The translations under genes and the position numbers were made by a program. This document shows, piece after piece, positions 40,930 through 53,990 of a stretch of 64,000 nucleotides of DNA. Position 1 is the first letter of the stretch. Each line of letters begins with the position of its first letter. Source of the stretch: Octopus sinensis (taxonomy: Eukaryota). Location: assembly GCF_006345805.1 (NCBI RefSeq), contig NC_042998.1:12772001-12836000 (forward strand), given 5' to 3'. The notes under the pieces are model-generated. The model saw only the letters and a program-made list of their open reading frames with translations. It ran no database searches and was not told the origin of the DNA.

Positions 40930-41409
40930 CCGTAAATTCTCGAGTATAATCCGCACTTTTTTCCCAAAATTTAAAGGTCAAAATCCCTAGTGCGCGCTTA
41001 ATACAAGGTTAAAAATGAAAATTATATTCTAAGCAATGTCCGAGTCTCTATTTGCTCCACGGCAATGTTTATTCAGACGCGTTTTGTGATGTCGGGCGCG
41101 AAAATACCTTAAATCATCCATATCTTGTAGTTAGCAACATTTATTAAGCGTTATCACTGTTGTTTCTTTATTTTCTGCGAACAAAATTCACAAAAAAGCT
41201 ACACGTTTGAATCATGTTATATGTACAATAATAATAAAAGGCGTTACCGTATATATTTTTACAAACCAAGGACGTAATATAGACCTCCTTGACTCACGTT
41301 TGAGTAGGGGTGCGTATGATACACAAGGTTTAGGTTTTTCAGAGGTACAGCCCCCTAAAAATCCCCTGCGTATTATACTCAAGGGCGGACTATGCTCGAG
41401 GATTTACGG
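40930..41409. mobile_element. 480-bp pogo/Tc2-type MITE with TA TSD
   Basis: TA|ccgtaaattctcgagtataatccgc ... gcggactatgctcgaggatttacgg|TA. Confidence 0.85.
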
Positions 41410-41671
41410 TATATAAAATAACTGTCTGACCATAATGAACACAATAAAGCAACTTTTTGTCTCATTATTTAATCACTCTGTTACGTTTTTTGAAAAGGCC
41501 ATACTCTATTTGCTTACTGTTGCGTTCTGCAAATGTCCTATCCGAACGTACCTAAATATATGTAGCATTCTTACCTGGTCCTTCCTCAGTATAGACTCCA
41601 TGATTGGCGTTCATGAGGTCTTCACTTGGTGTGCGGGTAATTCGAGTTGTTGGGGTTAAGGTCTCTAACGG

Positions 41672-42120
41672 TTAGGCGTGGTTTGCATTGTACTGTCTGA
41701 ATAGGTGTTTAGGTGTATGCATGCATCTGGGTAGTCGTTCAGCAAATCTATTTATAAACCTTGCTTTTGTCAACAATATTGACAGCGATTCGTCGGAGCA
41801 TAGCATGCAGTCTGGGATGGTGCGTTGTAAGAACTGTCCAATAATTGAGCAGGTCAGGTCATATTTTAACTTCTCATACTTGAGTCGCCAGACAAAATTA
41901 GCGAATGATGTTGCGCGTCGCTTAAGTACCTTTTGAAAGCTAGCACTGTGATTTCTATATCTACTTTCGAAAATATCTGCTGATTCATCGGTAGATAGGT
42001 AGGGACCTCCTTTGCTATTTATGGTGCACTTGTACACAACATTTAGGATTTTGCATTGGTAACCCAGAAGACATTCCGAACGGTCCATGCATGAGCATAG
42101 ATTGTCAGTTTTTTTTTGTT
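41672..42120 (-). pseudogene. Penelope-like element GIY-YIG endonuclease remnant
   Basis: CSC.DRSECLLGYQCKILNVVYKCTI...FESRYRNHSASF...ATSFANFVWRLK..Y..SII...CMLCSDESLSIL...N...E..RCMH. This follows the PLE pattern CNC..CPL.GKC..NIVYKAT..F.ERY.NH.SSF..T.LSKYIW.LK..C.LC..E..N...E..CRH. Catalytic YIG is degenerate. Confidence 0.75.
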
Positions 42121-42344
42121 TGCGTGTGTACAGCTGATGCCGCTTTACTTGGTTCTATTTACATTCGTCCTCGTGGCTACCCTGTTGTAATATTTATTAT
42201 TTTTGTGTGTGTTTGTATTGTTGTTTGAGTTGTCGAGGCTAACATATATTGGGTGGTTAGTTAAGTTGTTGCAGTTGCTGATTTCTCTGTTGGGTAGTGT
42301 TATAGTCGAGTCATTGTTATTGTGTTTCGAATACAGTAACAATG

Positions 42345-42575
42345 ACAATTTAAGAAAAAGTGGAAGTGGATTAGTAGCACAATTAGAAAAGACACACACA
42401 ATGTAGCGACAAGTGATTTACAGTGGAATTCGGATGGATATAGAAAGAAAGGTAGGCCTAAGAACTCGTGGCGTAGATCAACACAAAAGGAACTAGCGAA
42501 AGGGGGACATTCATGGCAGAGTATAAGTACAGAAGAGAAAAATTATGCGACATGGAATTCAATTATAGGTGGCCT
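42345..42575 (+). pseudogene. RTE-clade LINE 3' coding fragment
   Basis: KKKWKWISSTIRKDTHNVATSDLQWNSDGYRKKGRPKNSWRRSTQKEL matches the RTE pattern WRWIGH...ALTWNP.GKRKRGRPK.TWRR. Confidence 0.75.
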
Positions 42576-43099
42576 ATACTCCGCGTTGGGGGATTAAAGA
42601 CAGAAAAAAAAACTGTTACTGTGATGTGGTTGGTGTTTGCACTGTCTCTGAGGTTGTATTATGTGCCTCCGTCAATTTTTGAGGGCCTATTTTCTATGCA
42701 ACCTGTACGCTGCTTTAGTTTTCGGTTGCTAATACTATGAATGTGGTGCTCCCTAATCGATGTGTTCGCATATGGCAGTTCTACAGTGTAACTGTTGAGC
42801 ACCACTTTTCAGGGTAGCAACGAGCGAGTGCAGCGAAGAACTGCTTCCAAATACTGGATGATATGTTCGAGCTTCGGGTCGCATTGTACCAGAGAATCTG
42901 CGGAGTTTCTAAGATTGATCCAACGGAAATAGACTCCGACTGCGGATGACGCCAGGTAGCCCAATCCGTACAAGTGCTTCCCTCAACACATTAACACACT
43001 AATCGACATACACACATAAGTCCAAATACATATATATATGCATATACATATACACACACATATATATATATATATATGTATAAATTCATATACATACAT

Positions 43100-43131
<32 letters not shown>

Positions 43132-43132
<1 letters not shown>

Positions 43133-44848
43133 ATTATTACATTATATAAAAGGGCTTAGTAAAATAAATTACTTTGCCGCATACTGAACTCATTAGAAAT
43201 AGCAGCTAAAAAACTTTTTTAAGGCTATTTCTAATACTTAAAGAAAATCTCTCTCATATATAGTGTTTGCATAATTTAACTCACAAAAGTTTGGGGGTAA
43301 TGACATCGAAAAATCAAATGCTAAGGTTATTCGAGAACGTACGTTTCAAGATTAGTCAAAACAACATTTCTATCATCGGCTCGGAAATTCCTTGGTTTGG
43401 ATTTGGAAACACTGAAAATAAGAACATACCCTCTCGAAGATCTGCTCCAACTAACAGTGTCAACAAATTCAAAATAAGCAAGCGAAGAATCTCTGTTCTC
43501 CCCTTTCCACCAGCGTGGGTTAAAATCATCAAACTCTATGCTTATTTCGGTAAAGTCCGAAGCATTAATCAGAGGGAGATTAATTATAATTTCAACAATT
43601 GAGGGCAAAATTAATTAATTATTAATCAATTTCACCAAGTGTTCAGTATGCAAAGGGACCATCAAGGCGAATTCAAATTATTACATTATATAAAAGGGCT
43701 TAGTAAAATAAATTACTTTGCCGCATACTGAACTCATTAGAAATAGCAGCTAAAAAACTTTTTTAAGGCTATTTCTAATACTTAAAGAAAATCTCTCTCA
43801 TATATAGTGTTTGCATAATTTAACTCACAAAAGTTTGGGGGTAATGACATCGAAAAATCAAATGCTAAGGTTATTCGAGAACGTACGTTTCAAGATTAGT
43901 CAAAACAACATTTCTATCATCGGCTCGGAAATTCCTTGGTTTGGATTTGGAAACACTGAAAATAAGAACATACCTCTCGAAGATCTGCTCCCAACTAACA
44001 GTGTCAACAAATTCAAAATAAGCAAGCGAAGAATCTCTGTTCTCCCCTTTCCACCAGCGTGGGTTAAAATCATCAAACTCTATGCTTATTTCGGTAAAGT
44101 CCGAAGCATTAATCAGAGGGAGATTAATTATAATTTCAACAATTGAGGGCAAAATTAATTAATTATTAATCAATTTCACCAAGTGTTCAGTATGCAAAGG
44201 GACCATTCAAGGCGAATTCAAATTATTACATTATATAAAAGGGCTTAGTAAAATAAATTACTTTGCCGCATACTGAACTCATTAGAAATAGCAGCTAAAA
44301 AACTTTTTTAAGGCTATTTCTAATACTTAAAGAAAATCTCTCTCATATATAGTGTTTGCATAATTTAACTCACAAAAGTTTGGGGGTAATGACATCGAAA
44401 AATCAAATGCTAAGGTTATTCGAGAACGTACGTTTCAAGATTAGTCAAAACAACATTCTATCATCGGCTCGGAAATTCCTTGGTTGGATTTGGAAACACT
44501 GAAAATAAGAACATACCCTCTCGAAGATCTGCTCCCAACTAACAGTGTCAACAATTCAAAATAAGCAAGCGAAGAATCTCTGTTCTCCCCTTTCCACCAG
44601 CGTGGGTTAAAATCATCAAACTCTATGCTTATTTCGGTAAAGTCCGAAGCATTAATCAGAGGGAGATTAATTATAATTTCAACAATTGAGGGCAAAATTA
44701 ATTAATTATTAATCAATTTCACCAAGTGTTCAGTATGCAAAGGGACCATTCAAGGCGAATTCAATTATTACATTATATAAAAGGGCTTAGTAAAATAAAT
44801 TACTTTGCCGCATACTGAACTCATTAGAAATAGCAGCTAAAAAACTTT
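43132..44848 (-). repeat. Head-to-tail array of 544-bp units (about 3.15 copies), each with a hammerhead-like motif (family H3)
   Basis: Unit starts at 43132, 43676, 44221 and 44763. Motifs at 43332-43383, 43876-43927 and 44421-44471. Confidence 0.92.
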
Positions 44849-44921
44849 ATATATATATATATATACGTATATATGTATAAATTCATATACATACATACAC
44901 ACATACACACATATATAAATG

Positions 44922-44955
<34 letters not shown>

Positions 44956-45474
44956 AAATATATATATATATGTATAAATTCATATACATACACACACACA
45001 TAAATATATATATACATATATATATATATATGTATATATATGTATACCTATTCATATGTACGTATGCATATACATGTACTTACACACACACACACAAACA
45101 CACGAAGATAAGTAGTTTCCCACTGAGGTACAGTATGATCCATCTCCCATGTTTCAAAGCAAAACGACCGAATGTTTGAGAAAGAAATTGCAACTTGATG
45201 TGGACTATCTGATTGTTTAACATTGCTTTAATGCAATTATATAATGGGCATTGTCACGAAATCACTTTCGATTCACTTCCAAGCAAATTTCTTAACATGC
45301 TTCTATTTGTTAAGTCTTCTAGTGAACGGGAGGGAATCGCATGACAGGTTCACTTAAACAGTCGGAGCTGCATTAACTGACATATCAAACATTTACGCAT
45401 ACACGTCTCCAATGATATACATTTTAACCTGTATAACAGTTTTGTATAAATGGGAGTATTATTCTGATTTACAG

Positions 45475-45559
<85 letters not shown>

Positions 45560-45570
45560 ATATATATATT

Positions 45571-45619
<49 letters not shown>

Positions 45620-45856
45620 GGAGGCGCAATGGCCCAGTGGTTAGGGCAGCGGATCGTGGTCGTAGGGTCGCGGTTTCGATTTAGTGTTTATTGAGCGAAA
45701 ACACTAAAAGCTCCACGAGGCTCCCTCCGGCAGGGGGTGGGGGATGATCCCTGCTGTACTCTTTCACCACTCTTTCTTCTATTGGCCTGCTCGCTTAGCC
45801 AGCGGGGTGGCGTCATTCGAAGGCGAAAACATCTGATGGTCTGGTCGGTCACGTGA
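45620..45856 (+). mobile_element. tRNA-SINE of the S3 group with a third tail type
   Basis: ggaggcgcaatggcccagtggttagggcagcgga head plus gtgtttattgagcgaaaacactaaaagctccacgaggc. Confidence 0.8.
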
Positions 45857-45889
<33 letters not shown>

Positions 45890-45983
45890 ATGTATGTGTG
45901 TATATATACATACATACACACATACACAAGCATCGCAACACAATCGATATAAACAGCAATGTTTAACCATTATACGAGAATTA

Positions 45984-46404
45984 CAAATGTCACAAAATGT
46001 GACTAGGGTATTAGGAAACACCTACATTGCTAGAAATAAGAGTTAAACCGATCTAATGTTGTATGCAATGCATATAAATGAAAACATATGCACTAACAGT
46101 GACCATAGTCCGAGAAGTGCCGATCGTTAAATTGCTGCTTATGTTAATTTTATATATACATATTAGCGTATCGCTAAATCTTCAGATTATTTGCTTGATA
46201 AATACATAAATACTAATGATGAATTAAGTACGGAAAGAACCGAACAATCGAGCTCTCTTGACTGCTGAGATAATGAAAATTGCCGAAAGAATTCTCGATC
46301 GACACTTTTCGGACAACTACGGACCGTGTTAGTGTATAGGTTTTAATTCATGTACGTAATATAGGTGTTTTCCTAACATCCTAGTCACAGTTAGGGACAT
46401 TTGT
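45984..46404. mobile_element. MITE with ~48-bp imperfect TIRs
   Basis: acaaatgtcacaaaatgtgactagggtattaggaaacacctacattgc versus the reverse complement of the end, acaaatgtccctaactgtgactaggatgttaggaaaacacctatattac. Confidence 0.75.
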
Positions 46405-46685
46405 GTGTGTGTGCGTGCGTGCGTGTGTATAACAGATAGCGATAAAATCTATTATAAAATTCCGAACGGAATGAAAAATAAAAACATTTACCATGTTTTT
46501 TTTATACGCTAGGCCACTGGTAATGGAAATTTCTAATATTTCAGATTACCCTTTGATATTATTAATTATTGATAAATAGTTTTTGGGGATAATTTTCGAA
46601 ATGGAAGAGCCGGCATATTTATTTACTGCCGACAGTAGATATGTATGCATTACATATAATCATAATTGTTAAGTTCTATGTTCCT

Positions 46686-46992
46686 AGTTTGATAATAGAG
46701 TTTATTATAAGTAAAATTATTATATTATTTATATCTTAAAAATATTGTTTAAATATTTCTGATTATATTTTAGATATTTCAATTACCTGAAGATTGACTG
46801 TAACCATAACTCGAATTATTACGAATTGGACAGCCATGAAACGATCGTAGTGTTTTACTCATTATCTTTTATTAAACTTTTAATACTTTTGATATATATT
46901 TAAAATAATATAAATGAATTAATTTTATGTATTGGCTTAAGTTTTTCATTGTTTGATTTGCCTAATAGTGGTTTTATCTCTAATTTAATATA

Positions 46993-46995
<3 letters not shown>
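46686..46995 (+). mobile_element. Family H1 copy 2; hammerhead motif at 46784-46852; ends in (TA)(TG)n
   Basis: uac-CUGAAGA-u-ugacugu...acagcca-u-GAAA-cgaucg-UA-gug. Confidence 0.82.
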
Positions 46996-47048
<53 letters not shown>

Positions 47049-47089
47049 GTTTCGTGAAATTTCAAGTAAATGGAATAAATATTTCGTAA

Positions 47090-47960
47090 GTTATGAGGAA
47101 ATAAGCAAATAATCTTCGAAACAGCAACGGCCAGATTTTAAGGGTCAAGAAACCATTGAAACATGGAGCAAGAACGAAAAAAAACAACCTTACTATTAAT
47201 ATTTTGTGAGCACCCTTTTACTATCAATGACCTCCTGACAACCGTTGCCACATGACTGAATATATATTTTTGCAAAATGTTCCATTCTTTTTTCAAAAAT
47301 TTACAGAGTTCATCTTTGGATTTCTGCTTCGCGTCCAATCTCCAATAATATTCCAAATGCTTTCTATAGGATTGAGATCGGGACTTTTAGGTGGCCAGTC
47401 CATAAGATCACTCCCTTTATCACTCAGAAAATATTTCATTCTCTTCGCAGTTGGACAGGGAGCGGTGTCCTGCGCAAATATACTATGTTGAACTGACTAG
47501 GGTTGGAGATGTGGAAGAGCATGCTGTCTAAGAATCTGCTTTTATATTTCAGCATTGACAGTCCCTTGGAGACGAATAAGTGGACCAGGGCCACTAGCGG
47601 AGATCAATCCCTATAAAGTTAAGCTGTCTCCTCCATATATTACTGTCTACTTCCCACATGCACGAGATAACCTTTCGCCACTTCTTCGTCAGACGTACAA
47701 CCCAACGTTGAAATCAATCACATTAAGCCTTGATTCATCGCTAAAATGAATCGGCGACTACTGTTCTTCTGTCCAAACAACATGTTCGTGAGCGAAACAA
47801 AGACTAGCTCTTTGATTCTCCTTGGAGATCAGAGGTTTCTTTGCCGGTACCCGAGCAAACAACCCACATCCTCGTAACTTCCGAGAAACTGTTTTGCACG
47901 ACACGTTGACAGCAGAAGTGGAACGAAACTTGCGGGATATCTCAGTTGTCTGTTAAGGCT
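47090..47960 (-). pseudogene. Tc1 (DD34E-type) transposase remnant
   Basis: FSDES, QDTAPCPTAK...DWPPKSPDLNPIESIWNII on the minus strand. Confidence 0.85.
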
Positions 47961-48339
47961 TGTGGTGCCAATGCAGTCGTCAATCTATCCACCATAAAGC
48001 TCTGTGATGTGTCCAGGGAAGTGAGCAAAAATTTGCTACAAAGAATTTGGTACAACTGGGGACCATCCTGGTGCCCCTTAACAACACCGCTGAACTGCTC
48101 ATAGAATTTACCAGAGAAAGAAAAGCAAAGCAACACCACTGACCTGATTATAGAATTCACCAGAGAAGGAAAAACAATTGAGTGTTAAGACGAGCTCAGC
48201 TAGGCGGAGGAATATATTAGAGATACGTGCATTATCAGTTGCATTATCCGTTTTTCAAGCTGAGAGAATTTAAACTCCGCCTGACTCTTTTTCTCTATAT
48301 CTTCCCACTCCTCACGATAAGTTCAATAGGTATCAAGAC

Positions 48340-48950
48340 TCTTGCCATAGTAGCGAAGCTAAAGCCCGGCACAGATTGACTCAGCTATGCATGCGCCCTA
48401 AGTTCTAACGCTGTAGCTTACTTCCGCTGTTTACAGCAGTACTTGGAAGGATCGTGTGTAGCGTGTGATCGTCGCATTGACCATGACAGAGAAAGTTGAG
48501 CAGAGAATCTGCATTAAATTTTGCCAAAACGTGGCGATATCCGCTCAGGGGCCTACGCAAAATTTTCAGATAGTTTTCATCGTTCTTGACACAATCAAGC
48601 AGATCTTGTTCAACGGAAACCCGACTATCTCTTTGGTTATCTGAAAGCTGTTTTAGTATAAACTTGACAGACACACGTCTCATACCCAAATCTTCAGTGA
48701 TAATGGACTGAACAGAATCATAGCTAATCTGCACATCCTCTGATAACTCAAGGCAGGTGATTCGACGATTTCTTGCGATGTTTTACTGGCTGTGTGTCTC
48801 CCAGAACGTTCGTCAATATCAGCATTTTTTCATCTTGAAACGCTTGAACCACTGGTACACTTGTGTGCAGCTAGTACACTTCCCTCCATAAACTTGCAAA
48901 TCTGCGAATGCTTCTGTGCAGGTATCGTCATGACAACTGTCTATGTCAGG
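48340..48950. pseudogene. mariner transposase N-terminus with an internal inversion
   Basis: Plus strand MTEKVEQRICIKFCQ (48484 onward). The continuation DTCTEAFADLQVYG...VYQWFKRF...LGMRRVSVKFI is on the minus strand (48950 to 48550). Confidence 0.75.
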
Positions 48951-49355
48951 GTCAAACTTACCGAACAGGTAAGTTACGCTGACGTAAATACACCAGATGG
49001 GAGGGGGACAAACAGAGAAACACAAACATAGACACACATACACATATATCCAATAGGATTCTTTCATTTTCCGTCTACCAGATACACTCACAAGGTGTTT
49101 GTCGGCCCGAGGTTATAGAAGGAGACATTTGCCGAACGTTCCACGCAGTGGGACTGAACCCGGAACCATGGGATTCGTAAGCAACCTACTTACCACACGG
49201 TTACTCCTGAGCCGAGCTTCTTTCAGTTTCCTCCTGCCAAATCCACTGACAAGGCCTTGGTTGGCCTGAGGCTATAGTAGAAAACACTTGCCCAAGTTGC
49301 CACACAGTGGACCTGAAACCGGAACGCGGTAGTTGGGAAGCAAACATTTTACAAC
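48951..49355 (-). mobile_element. SINE S1 copy preceded by a second S1 head in tandem
   Basis: Two consecutive heads, 49040-49212 and 49213-49355. Confidence 0.8.
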
Positions 49356-49420
49356 AAATCTCTCTCTTTCTCTCTCCCTCTTTCTCTCCTTCTTTCTCTC
49401 TCTCGCTTTCTCTCTCTCCA

Positions 49421-49467
<47 letters not shown>

Positions 49468-50200
49468 ATGTATGTATACATACGTAGAGAAAGAGAAGAG
49501 GTTGAGTGATTGGAATTGATATACACACATATGCTCACATTTACACACACACACGCACACATACGCACACCCACTCATAACAATATATATATTCGAAATA
49601 TGGACACAAGCATGCACACATATATCTCTTTCAACGTGTGCAGTACTACATATATATATATAAGCATTTGAAAGGAATATTGATAAGGTAAGTTGCATAG
49701 ACCTGTAATTACATCTTCGTACCTTATGCGGCAATGTATTTGATAATGCTATTTCATATTTAAGTTTACCGGATTTAATTTCCAGAAACAGAAAACACCT
49801 GTTGAACTATCACACTATACACAATAAGTAATATAATCCAGATGCTATCAAGACGGAGGCTTTATGATATATTAGAATTTTGTCTGATATAAATGAGCTA
49901 AGATTATGTATAAATGGTTCTCCAAAATATATGACTTAATTGTTGCCGAAAATCCAATATACTTTCGAAACTGTAAGTAATATCGCGATGAAAAGTTAAG
50001 AAACGTATGATCTTTGGAGAAATGGATATACTTTTCCATTGATATCCAACGCTCCCGTTACTGTATTAGAAAATATGTGATATAAGGAAATAAATTGCCT
50101 CATACACCTGCATCAAATAGTAAGTTAACGTCTGAAGTGGGGATTATCAGCTATGTAATTATATTGATGCGCATCAGATCGATGTACAGAGAAACAACCA

Positions 50201-50384
50201 CCAGGAGTGGCTGTGTGGTAAGTAGCTTGTTTACCAACCACATGGCTCTGGGTTCAGTCCCACTGCGTGGCACCTTGGGCGAGTGTCTTCTACTATAGCC
50301 CCGGGCCGACCAATGCCTTGTGAGTGGATTTGGTAGACCGAAACTGAAAGAAGTTCGTCGTATATATGTATATATATATATATA

Positions 50385-50454
<70 letters not shown>

Positions 50455-50668
50455 TGTGTGTATTTGTGTGTGTCCCCCTAGCATTGCTTGACAACCGATG
50501 CTGGTGTGTTTATGTCCCCGTTACTTAGCGGTTCGGCAAAAGAGACCGATAGAATAAGTACTGGGCTTACAAAAGAGTAAGTCCTGGGGTCGATTTGCTC
50601 GATTAAAGGCGGTGCTCCAGCATGGCCGCAGTCAAATGACTGAAACAAGTAAAAGAGTAAAGAGTAAA
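50201..50668 (+). mobile_element. SINE S1, full length
   Basis: Matches the S1 consensus. Confidence 0.92.
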
Positions 50669-50785
50669 GGGAGTATGTTTGTATATATAACTATCATATA
50701 TGTGTCTATGCCTGCATCTATATTTTTACAGAAACATTCACATGTTCATACTCATGTATACATTCTTAAATACAAATATTATATG

Positions 50786-51076
50786 TTGTTATTTGTTCCT
50801 TCTCGAGCCATACCTGGCTCATAGGAGCCGGTTTCCCGGTTTCATTGGCGCATAGGTTCCCCACCTGGAAGGGGGCGCCGGTTCGTTACAGGTGGTCTGC
50901 TAGATGCAGGGGAAAAGATTGAGAGAAAGTTGTGGCGCAAAGGTCAACAGATGTTCGCCATTACCTTCTGCCGGAACCGCAGGTTTTTCGCTCATAAACA
51001 CACAGATCACCCGATCTAAGATTCGAACACGCGGTCCCTGGACCGCGAGTCCACTGCTCTAGCCACTAGGCCATAT
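50786..51076 (-). mobile_element. SINE S3
   Basis: Reverse complement of 20628-20933, diverged. Confidence 0.82.
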
Positions 51077-52002
51077 GATTTCATACATGTAGATATGTAC
51101 GTACGAATTTAATTTATGACTAGTGACTGATTCTAGTGGATGATGGAGCCAAAAGGTTTGTTGCAACAGGGATGGGGAGTCTGTAGATTCTAATCATGAA
51201 GATAGTAAACAACCACATGATATAGTCCAACCCTATCACTTTATCACATTATCACTAAACGCTTTATTTCATTCTTTAGTTTGTTTTTTTTTCCTTTTTT
51301 TCTTCTTAATAATCTGACCGTGAAAGATTTTATAGTTGACTGGACAACGAATTTTGCTTTAGTTTCCATTGATTTTGTAACAAACGTTTTTTTAATCATA
51401 CTGTTCTCAACTCTGAAATTTTATCTATGGGTTTAGCTTATTCTGCAAAATGGTGAAAATAGCACTCTGCAGTAAGTATTCGCTCCTGTACGAAATGAAA
51501 TGACAGTCTGATCGAACGAAGGTTTTATTCAAAATACTTACTAAAAACAAATACATTTTACTCCTTTGACGAATGGTTGTGATAAGGAAAATATGTAAAA
51601 TTATTATCCCACCAAAGTACTACAGGTGTGACAAGGTTTGGAAACGATTGTAGTAATATGCAATCAAGAAAGAAGTTTCATTAATTTTCCCGCATTTATC
51701 ACTTTGTATGAACTCCATGGATACTGTGGAATTCTAAATGTATACCTGTAGCAGGTGTTTCTCCCTGTACGATAACATTCATCAGCCAATACCTATGGAC
51801 AAGCTCTGTATAGCATACTACAAGATTCTTAAAACAAATTATATTCAGCTATACTAATACACACACACACACACACACACGCACACACAAACGTACACAC
51901 ACACACGCATGCATACTGTGTGAACAGTTAGATGTACGCTCTACATAGATTATCATTAGCGAGAGGAAGAGGAAGAAAATAAGATAAGCTTTGGGAGATG
52001 GT

Positions 52003-52067
<65 letters not shown>

Positions 52068-52324
52068 TACTTACATGTTTATCAGTTTATTGAATTGAGC
52101 CAGTTCTCAAAGTACGCGTATTATTAGACCCCCGCTGAATGACCATAATGCTTAGCAACTCCAGTTAATATGTTGGAGCTCCCAAAGAGATATGTTTGAT
52201 AAATGTATTAAGGATTAGAAAGATACCTGTAGGTTTTCTTTATTTAAAATTCTATTATTGGTTTTCTGAATTTCAATGTCTTATTTTGCCCCAATATCAG
52301 CAGTGATGTAATAGAAAATATACA

Positions 52325-52832
52325 TACGTACTTACCTACCTACCTACCTACCTACCTACCTACCTACCTACCTACCTACCTACCTACCTACCTACCTGCC
52401 TACCTACCTACCCCCTCCCTCCCTACCTACCTACCTACCTACCAACCTACCTACTTACCTACCTACCTACCTACCTACCTACCTACCTACCTACCTACCT
52501 ACCAACTTAACTTCCTGTATGTCTGTCTGTCCGGCTGTCTGTCTTTCTATTATCTATATATCTGTCAGTCTGCTGTCTATCTGTGTGTCTGTCTATCTAT
52601 CAATCTATCTAACAACCTATCTATATGTGGTGTCTGTCTGACTGCCTGTCCTATCTGTGTATGTGTGTGTGTATTATGTGTGTATAAATATATGTATGAA
52701 TGCACACACACATACACACACATATATATATATATGCATACATGTATAAACATGCATGTATAAACATATATGTATAAACATATATATATATATAACATAT
52801 GATATAACATATAATACAATATAATATATATA

Positions 52833-52875
<43 letters not shown>

Positions 52876-53817
52876 ATATATATACATATATATACATATA
52901 TATAGATAAATTATTCTAAAATAAATGGAATATTTTATTAATTATTTTTGGTTAGTTGCATGCAATATTAAATTAATTTCAATGTCTCTGATTAAACATT
53001 CTTTTGTGTTTTTCACTAATTCCGATATCAAGAATTCCATTATTGTAATGACTGTCTATCTCATGCGACTGCAACGCATGAGGTTTCATTATTCATTTCA
53101 CTTCTTTGATTGAACACCCCTGATATTCCTCTTATTAATAAATATCTGATTTCTTAATTGGCGCAGGTTTTGACATTATCTGAAAAAAAGAAAATAGAGA
53201 AGAGAAAAGAATAAATTTTAAGTTAAATGTATTTATTATTTTAATAGGAATGTAGCATGTTTTATTTCCGCTCATACCAATTAAAGTAAAACAATTTATC
53301 TTCACAATCGTAGGCAACATCATCGGGATAATAAGTGTGACGTTAACGACGACTACTGACAAGGTGTTGGTAGTTGTGATGATGATGATGATGATGCCTG
53401 TTGATTATTATGATGATGGTTGCGGTGGTGGTGGTGGTGGTGGTGGTGGTGACAGTCGATGGTGTTAGTTCGATATGTTGTCAGAGTGGTTCAGTTGATA
53501 GATAGATAGATAGATGGATAGATACACAAATAGACAGCAGACTGACAGATAGATAAATAACAGAAAGACAGACAGCCGGACATACAGACATACAGGTAGG
53601 TAAGTTGGTAGGTAGGTAGGTAGGTAGGTAGGTAAGTATGTATGCATGTAGGTAGGTAGGTAGGTAGGTAGGTGGTGTTGGAGTGATAGTGAAGATGTGT
53701 TGAAAGACACCGGCATAAATATTTCCAATGTTGTGTCCATATTATGAGAATTACACTTATGTATTCTTGATTTCCAGCCAAACTACAAACACATGGTATC
53801 TATCCCTCAGTCTGCTG

Positions 53818-53870
<53 letters not shown>

Positions 53871-53990
53871 ATATCCATCTATCTATCTATCTATCCATCT
53901 ATCTATCTAATAACCTATCCATATGTGGTGTCTGTCTGACTGTCTGTCCTATCTGTATATGTGTGTGTTCTTATGTGTGTGTGTATTATG
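52325..53990. repeat. Compound (CCTA)n/(TCTG)/(TCTA) block duplicated with partial inversion
   Basis: 53490-53675 is the reverse complement of 52330-52610; 53895-53990 directly repeats 52600-52690. Confidence 0.75.

Noticed and set aside
43267-44695. Repeated 111-aa and 93-aa ORFs in the 544-bp array as protein genes
   Set aside because: They overlap on opposite strands, no family is recognisable, and their frames differ between units through indels. The LETYV-type ending merely translates the ribozyme motif.
46255-46300. Hammerhead-like CUGCUGA...GAAA gaauuc UC
   Set aside because: There is no helix I pairing, the core is altered, it is a single copy, and it lies inside a TIR MITE.
53100-53230. 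Minus-strand polypyrimidine tract + CAG, a possible splice acceptor (IMSKPAPIKKSDIY*)
   Set aside because: All frames close within 15 codons and no partner exon could be identified. It cannot be supported without RNA data.
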